From an uncultured Bacteroidaceae bacterium (lineage in GTDB: Bacteria; Bacteroidota; Bacteroidia; Bacteroidales; SM23-62), in NCBI GenBank assembly GCA_964420035.1, contig CAYQQR010000018.1, forward strand, positions 5,027-69,026: DNA of 64,000 nucleotides, written 5' to 3'. Positions within the stretch are counted from its first letter, which is position 1; each line of letters starts with the position of its first letter. A program made the translations under genes and the position numbers. The notes under the pieces are model-generated. The model searched no databases. It was not told the DNA's origin and saw only the letters and a program-made list of their open reading frames with translations. Of the stretch, positions 59,901 to 64,000 are shown in pieces.

Positions 59901-60213
59901 CTACCGAAAACCAGGAATAATGATGCAGGATCTCGCGCAGGGCCTCGCGGGCCTGTGTCCGGAGCAGTTGTTCCTCCTTCCCGCTTTCCTGTACCAGGAT
60001 ATCCAGATAGTCACTTTGGTCCTCTCCGGCCATCTTCTTGAGCTGTTCGAGGATCCTGAGCTTCATTTCCCTTGTGGCCTTATTGGTAAAGGTTACGGCA
60101 AGGATGTTACGAAAGACGGAAGGATCGTCGAGGATGGTGCGGATATATTCCAGGGCCAGGGTGAATGTCTTACCCGAACCTGCCGAGGCTTTATATATGG
60201 TTAATTTGGACAT
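56944..60213 (-). CDS. AddA-like UvrD helicase-nuclease
   Basis: ASAGSGKT, AVTFTNKAT, IDEFQDTS, VGDVKQSIYRWR, TIHKAKGLEF, YVAFTRA, C-terminal RPDR..VVDFKFG. Confidence 0.9.
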   Translation of the reverse strand: MSKLTIYKASAGSGKTFTLALEYIRTILDDPSVFRNILAVTFTNKATREMKLRILEQLKKMAGEDQSDYLDILVQESGKEEQLLRTQAREALREILHHYSWFSVGTIDSFFQRIIRNFTRETGQTGNFSIELDDKRLIFHAIELLMTRMDRNEDLRKWLTNYALHNIEEGRSWELRNSMKDLAGQIVSEEYQEQQSLHSGSFCDRETLNGFIRDLHRIRSSFENELRSIAQEAIAIIRGLDLETEDFSGKSRSVAAVFPGIMQGKLDVLTGARRQAVDDFSKWAAKNAPKSLIIREAYDKGLRSCLQKIYAYFDENREKYNTAVRILKEVYNLGVLQDLSEELHQYAQEQNLFLISDAAAFLHGIIRDNEAPFIYEKAGNRYHHFMIDEFQDTSRLQWKNFKPLLSNSLAQGFDNLVVGDVKQSIYRWRNSDWDILAGEVEKAFPGQEVKIRPLLTNYRSREAVIRFNNVFFEKAAARLDEGFRAEAESNDKVAGSPPTVSLREAYADVVQEIPEKVSGTGGVAELNFLENNDEEHWMDAADRMLADKIKKLQENDYRAGDMAILVRSAAEGRRIARLLLETQQELPERSPYNFRVISGESLYVNASAAVRLLIAAMKYLRDPDDHINKAFLIYEYHFLHRPDQLDGKQLDLLLAGIPGGPSAEGEEPQNELPGELVQNRDQLRKLPLYELTERLIRALDLSGQKGNTPYLQAFLDRVRDYTTRESPALDTFLEWWEEHGSEQSVNISENQDAITILTIHKAKGLEFDVVLVPYCDWEMSPDRHRPVMWVRPREEPFSQMPILPVRYSSKLGETFFKQDYLLEKQKSLVDNLNLLYVAFTRAKDVLICTGPKSNNPDPLKHSGDLVYRVCCELQTEPGASMSNLFIDPADGTERFTSGEMPCAIRHVPSKQVNLQPRLESWTPAGRLSLRYDSAGFLEITRPEQALRINYGTLMHDLFKSIITAEDLQHGVEKMVLEGRIPGDVRQDLLAEARKALGHPVAREWFRPGWQVFPERSILTRAKGTLRPDRVMMRDGRTVVVDFKFGDKTKTYYNQQVRQYMSRLREMGHEQVEGYLWYVKLDQVEKINPG

Positions 60214-60217
60214 ATAA

Positions 60218-61405
60218 TTATTTGACCTGTAACACCAGACCTTTGAGGTATTCCCCCTCGGGATGGTAAATGCTCACCGGGTGGTCGGGCGGCTGGGAAA
60301 GCTGGTGCAACAGTCTGACTTCCCTTCCCGTGTTGGCTGCCGCCACAAACACCGACCGCCTGAAATTCTCCCTGTTCACGGCCTGGGAACAGGAAAAGGT
60401 GAAAATGATGCCTCCCGGTTTGATGCCGGCTATGGCCCTCTGGTTGAGTCGCTTGTACCCCTGCAAGGCATTATTCAGGGTTTTCTGGTGCCTGGCAAAG
60501 GCCGGCGGATCCAGGATCACCAGGTCGTATTGATCCGGGTGATCATCCAGCCACCGGAAAGCATCCGAAACCATCCCTTCATGCGGGGCACCGGCACCGA
60601 AATTCAGCGCTACATTTTCCCTTGCAAGGTCGATGGCCGGACCGCTGGAGTCGACCGTACGGACGCTTTCAGCTCCCGCGCCGAGGGCATACACCGAAAA
60701 TCCGCCCGTGTACCCGAACAGGTTCAGTACTTTTTTTCCTTCTGCAAAATCTGAAAGCAGGTTACGGCTCTGACGTTGATCAATAAAGAAACCTGTTTTC
60801 TGGCCGGCGGCCCAATCCACTTTAAATTTATAACCGTTTTCGAGAACCATGTTACCCGGGGCATCCCCTTTTATGTACCCATCGGGAAATTCCCCTGAGA
60901 CCTTCGCGGGCAAAGAGTTTGAACTTTTGTTGTAAATGCTTTTCAGGCGCTTGCCCATGATCTTTTCCAGGGATGCGAATATCATTTCCCGGGCCAGGAA
61001 CATACCTGTGGAATGAAACTGGGTTACGAGGGTGCCGTCATAATGATCGATGATCAGACCGGGCATCCGGTCCCCTTCTGCATTCACCAGCCGGAACACG
61101 TTGGTTCCCTCCTTTTCTGTCAGTCCCAACGACTGCCTGAACATCCAGGCATCCTGCATTCTTTTTTTCCAGAGTTGGTTATCCGGGGCAGCAGGTTCGA
61201 AGGAAATGATCCTTACCGCGATGGAGCCGGGGGCATAATGTCCGGCACCCAGGAATTCATCCTGGTTGGAATAGACTTCCACCCATCGCCCGTCGGCCAC
61301 GGGTCCTTTTATCTTCTTGATGGCACCTGAGAATACCCAGGGGTGGTATCTTTTCAGGGACTGGTCCTTTCCCGACTTGAGGATTATCTTTGTTTGGTCG
61401 GCCAT
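60218..61405 (-). CDS. rlmI: RlmI-family class I SAM rRNA methyltransferase
   Basis: PUA domain HPWVFSGAI, EGDRMPGLIID, GQKTGFFIDQR, LDPPAF, EGEYLKG. Confidence 0.88.
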   Translation of the reverse strand: MADQTKIILKSGKDQSLKRYHPWVFSGAIKKIKGPVADGRWVEVYSNQDEFLGAGHYAPGSIAVRIISFEPAAPDNQLWKKRMQDAWMFRQSLGLTEKEGTNVFRLVNAEGDRMPGLIIDHYDGTLVTQFHSTGMFLAREMIFASLEKIMGKRLKSIYNKSSNSLPAKVSGEFPDGYIKGDAPGNMVLENGYKFKVDWAAGQKTGFFIDQRQSRNLLSDFAEGKKVLNLFGYTGGFSVYALGAGAESVRTVDSSGPAIDLARENVALNFGAGAPHEGMVSDAFRWLDDHPDQYDLVILDPPAFARHQKTLNNALQGYKRLNQRAIAGIKPGGIIFTFSCSQAVNRENFRRSVFVAAANTGREVRLLHQLSQPPDHPVSIYHPEGEYLKGLVLQVK

Positions 61406-61986
61406 CAGGCTTGGTGGTTTAGCCGGGTATATATCCGGTGGCTCACCCAGGCATCGGTTGCTGCATACCGTTGTTGTTCCGGGGTGAGGCTTCCGTTCTC
61501 CCAGTTGGAGGTCTGTTGCGATTTACTGATGCGGAAGCCCAGTATGATCCCGGACAGTTTACGGAGGCCCTTGCTTTTGATGCCAAAATGTTCCACATAA
61601 TCCTGGAGGTCAATAAATCCCCTGGGTTCGAATTTCCTAAGCCCTTGCAGTGCTTTAATATCATCGTGGATGGCCACACCCACTTTTTTGATCCCCGGGT
61701 TTTCAAATACCCGTATAACCGTTTTTGGCAGGCCCACTTTATGCAGCCGGATGAGCCAGGCTTCGCTGGCCGCGGAAAGCTGCAGCAGGGCCACCTTATT
61801 TCTACGGCCTTTTCTGAAATTGGGTTTGGTTTCCGTATCAAAGCCCAGAACCGGGTTCTGTTGCAAGAGTCCCTTGAGTCTTGACAGCTGGGCTCTCTTT
61901 TCCACCAGGTGGATCTTCCCCTGAAAAGCTTGCAGGGGCAGTTGTTTGACCTCTTCGGTGCTGAGTTCCTCTTTATACTTCTTCAT
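61405..61986 (-). CDS. DEDDy 3'-5' exonuclease (WRN/RNase D-like)
   Basis: GFDTETKP, LLQL, KVGV...DD, SNWE..L...Q.RYAATDAW. Confidence 0.88.
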   Translation of the reverse strand: MKKYKEELSTEEVKQLPLQAFQGKIHLVEKRAQLSRLKGLLQQNPVLGFDTETKPNFRKGRRNKVALLQLSAASEAWLIRLHKVGLPKTVIRVFENPGIKKVGVAIHDDIKALQGLRKFEPRGFIDLQDYVEHFGIKSKGLRKLSGIILGFRISKSQQTSNWENGSLTPEQQRYAATDAWVSHRIYTRLNHQA

Positions 61987-62605
61987 CCTCATCTTCCCTG
62001 TAATCTTTCATCCTTTTGCTGATGATCCAATCGCTGGTATCCACATCCTCGGCACTTTTCCAGGCGGATGCCCGGCGGGCCAGTTCTTCCAGGTCTTCCG
62101 GCCCGAAAACAATGGCATGCAGGGCCCGCAGGCTCCCCAGGAGTTTCTGTCCCCAGTAATTGGTAAAGGTGTATCGTAATTCCCAGAGTGCCGAGGCCAT
62201 GAGTTCTTCCACTCCGGTAGCATACAGCTCGAGGAAATCCTTGAGGTCCTGGTATATATCCGCCAGGTTTTCGGCTATGGAAGAAACCACGGCTTCCCGG
62301 CTTTCCATCATGCGGGGATCGAAGGTATCCAGGTAAGGGTCGGCCTGACCCAGTTTGGCCATCAGGGTCTGGTGGATATTTTCCCAGTCCTCTTCCGTCA
62401 CGAAGCGTTCGATGTTCTCGTCGGCCGATTCTTCCGCATCGGGCAGATCAATACTCCCCTTATATATGGATGGGAGCAACAGCATCAGGCGGTTGGCAAG
62501 CTCTTTCACACCGGTATCTTCCAGTTGTTCCATGAGCTCACAGTACCGGTTGGCTGCCCGTACCAGGGCAAGTACCTCTTCCCCGTATACCCAGTTTTCT
62601 TCCAT
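61973..62605 (-). CDS. DUF5063-family protein
   Basis: SIAENLADIYQDLKDF, F..YWGQ.LL..LRALH. Confidence 0.75.
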   Translation of the reverse strand: MEENWVYGEEVLALVRAANRYCELMEQLEDTGVKELANRLMLLLPSIYKGSIDLPDAEESADENIERFVTEEDWENIHQTLMAKLGQADPYLDTFDPRMMESREAVVSSIAENLADIYQDLKDFLELYATGVEELMASALWELRYTFTNYWGQKLLGSLRALHAIVFGPEDLEELARRASAWKSAEDVDTSDWIISKRMKDYREDEDEEV

Positions 62606-62627
62606 TGGGGCAAAGGTAAGGAAATCT

Positions 62628-62680
62628 GGAGTTTTAGGGATTTAAGGATTTAAGGATTTAAGGATTTAAGGGATTAAGGG
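62628..62680. repeat. Octamer tandem repeat (GGATTTAA)n
   Basis: gggatttaaggatttaaggatttaaggatttaagggattaaggg. Confidence 0.85.
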
Positions 62681-62735
62681 TATTATTGTTGTTTGAATTT
62701 AATTAAACAACTATCTTGAAGTACAAAAGACATCC

Positions 62736-63221
62736 ATGACCAAGATTGACTTTCGCTATATTGGCATCATCCATTCTCCTTACCAGTCTGCCCATGGCAC
62801 CCCTATTCAGCCCATTTCCGGGAAAGACACAGAAGGAAGCGTTGAAATATTCCCTGAATACGTGGATGGTTTAAAAGATCTTGAGGGGTTCTCTCACATC
62901 ATATTGATATATTATTTTCACAAGGCAGGAAAGTATGCATCAGAGGTAAAACCTTACATGGACGATAAGATGCATGGGGTATTTGCCACCCGTGCGCCGG
63001 CCAGGCCCAATCCTATCGGGATTTCCGTGGTTCGGCTACTGGGCATAGAAAAAAATATCGTAAGAATCGCAGGTTTGGATGCTATAGACGGAACCCCGGT
63101 CCTGGATATCAAGCCTTATGTACCGGAATTTGATCACCGGGAAGACATTGAAATCGGCTGGTTGAAAGACAAGATCCAAAAACTCGATAAAACCAGTGAT
63201 GACGGGAGGTTTTCAAAATGA
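62736..63221 (+). CDS. trmO: tRNA m6t6A37 methyltransferase TrmO/TsaA family
   Basis: IGIIHSPY, GLKDLEGFSH, GVFATRAPARPNPIG, DGTPVLDIKPY. Confidence 0.88.
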   Translation: MTKIDFRYIGIIHSPYQSAHGTPIQPISGKDTEGSVEIFPEYVDGLKDLEGFSHIILIYYFHKAGKYASEVKPYMDDKMHGVFATRAPARPNPIGISVVRLLGIEKNIVRIAGLDAIDGTPVLDIKPYVPEFDHREDIEIGWLKDKIQKLDKTSDDGRFSK

Positions 63222-63853
63222 ATTCACATTCAAATTCAACAAACATGAGCACTGATCCCTTAAAATATGATTTACCCGCTCCCGCGAACAGGGGAAAAGT
63301 TTCTTTGGAAGCGGTACTTTCCAGGAGGAAATCCCGCAGGGAATTTTCAAATGAAGCCTTAACTGCAAAGCAGCTTGCCCAGATCCTTTGGGCTGCTTAC
63401 GGCATGAATGCTTCCGGAACGAGAACCGCTCCTTCGGCGGGGGGCACCTATCCCCTTGAGGTGTATGCATTGATCGGGCGCGTGGAGGATATTGAGAAGG
63501 GCGTTTACCGGTATTTATCCAGCCAGCATCAGCTGGTCCGGGTCATAGAGCGGGACATCAAGAAAGAGCTTGCCGGGGCTGCTTTGGGTCAGGTGATGAT
63601 CGCCGATGCCCCGGTTTGCCTGTTCTTCAGTGCTGTATATGAACGGAGCATGCAAAGGTACGGGCACCGGGGGCGGGAGCGCTATGTCTGCATGGACCTG
63701 GGGCATGCTGCGCAGAATGTTTATTTACAGGCTGAAGCATTAGGACTGGGTACTTGTGCCGTAGGTGCTTTCAACGACCAGGCGGTCCGTTCCGTCCTCC
63801 GCCTCCCTGCTGAGGAGGAACCGCTCTACATCATGCCGGTCGGAAAATATTAG
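63218..63853 (+). CDS. SagB/ThcOx-family nitroreductase-like protein
   Basis: RRKSRREF, RTAPSAGGTYPLEVY, GHAAQNVYLQA, VGAF. Confidence 0.88.
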   Translation: MNSHSNSTNMSTDPLKYDLPAPANRGKVSLEAVLSRRKSRREFSNEALTAKQLAQILWAAYGMNASGTRTAPSAGGTYPLEVYALIGRVEDIEKGVYRYLSSQHQLVRVIERDIKKELAGAALGQVMIADAPVCLFFSAVYERSMQRYGHRGRERYVCMDLGHAAQNVYLQAEALGLGTCAVGAFNDQAVRSVLRLPAEEEPLYIMPVGKY

Positions 63854-63944
63854 GCAAAAAAAAGTCTCTATAATAAGTACATATAATTTTCATACTTTTT
63901 TATATATACTATTTATATATATATTTATGGAATAAAATTGCAAA

Positions 63945-64000
63945 ATGAAAACGGTATCTTTAAAAATTGATGATGCGATCTTCAGGGAGACAGAGAGGAT
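63945..64000 (+). CDS. 5' end of a probable ribbon-helix-helix antitoxin-like protein
   Basis: MKTVSLKIDDAIFRETER.. (beta-ribbon pattern followed by a helix); AT-rich palindromic upstream region. Truncated by the window edge. Confidence 0.5.
   Translation, partial: MKTVSLKIDDAIFRETER

Noticed and set aside
63218-63853. SagB-like gene as part of a RiPP (azole) cluster
   Set aside because: No YcaO, precursor peptide or transporter nearby; stand-alone nitroreductase-like copies are common.

Overview
Gene-dense chromosomal segment of a Bacteroidota (probably Bacteroidales-like) bacterium, judged from repeated TAnnTTTG -7 promoter boxes and typical gene order (pyrG-yidC, TPR-ribH-recF-DUF721, ndk/DHH/FKBP, addAB-like pair, mutS2). 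It holds about 50 CDS, one tRNA-Arg(UCU), and no CRISPR array, integrase, transposase or prophage. Four things stand out. (1) Two genes (an SDR and a K+-channel-domain gene) look internally deleted, and both inferred junctions are loop-less fold-back quasi-palindromes centred on CC|GG. A perfect 40-bp palindrome with the same centre lies in an intergenic gap. Together they suggest a recurrent 'excise the loop, keep the stem' process. (2) A pervasive intergenic mosaic of 6-8-nt tandem repeats, embedded CCTGCC..GGCAGG palindromes, GNA-triloop mini-hairpin arrays and IS200/IS605-like or MITE-like hairpin elements. (3) A tandem pair of fused LeuC-LeuD/homoaconitase-like proteins, one canonical and one with altered active-site motifs. 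(4) ORFs absent from the supplied track: a GldL-like microprotein, the channel-pore remnant, and a TPR gene and an antitoxin-like gene that run off the window edges. All product calls come from motif recognition by eye, not database searches.
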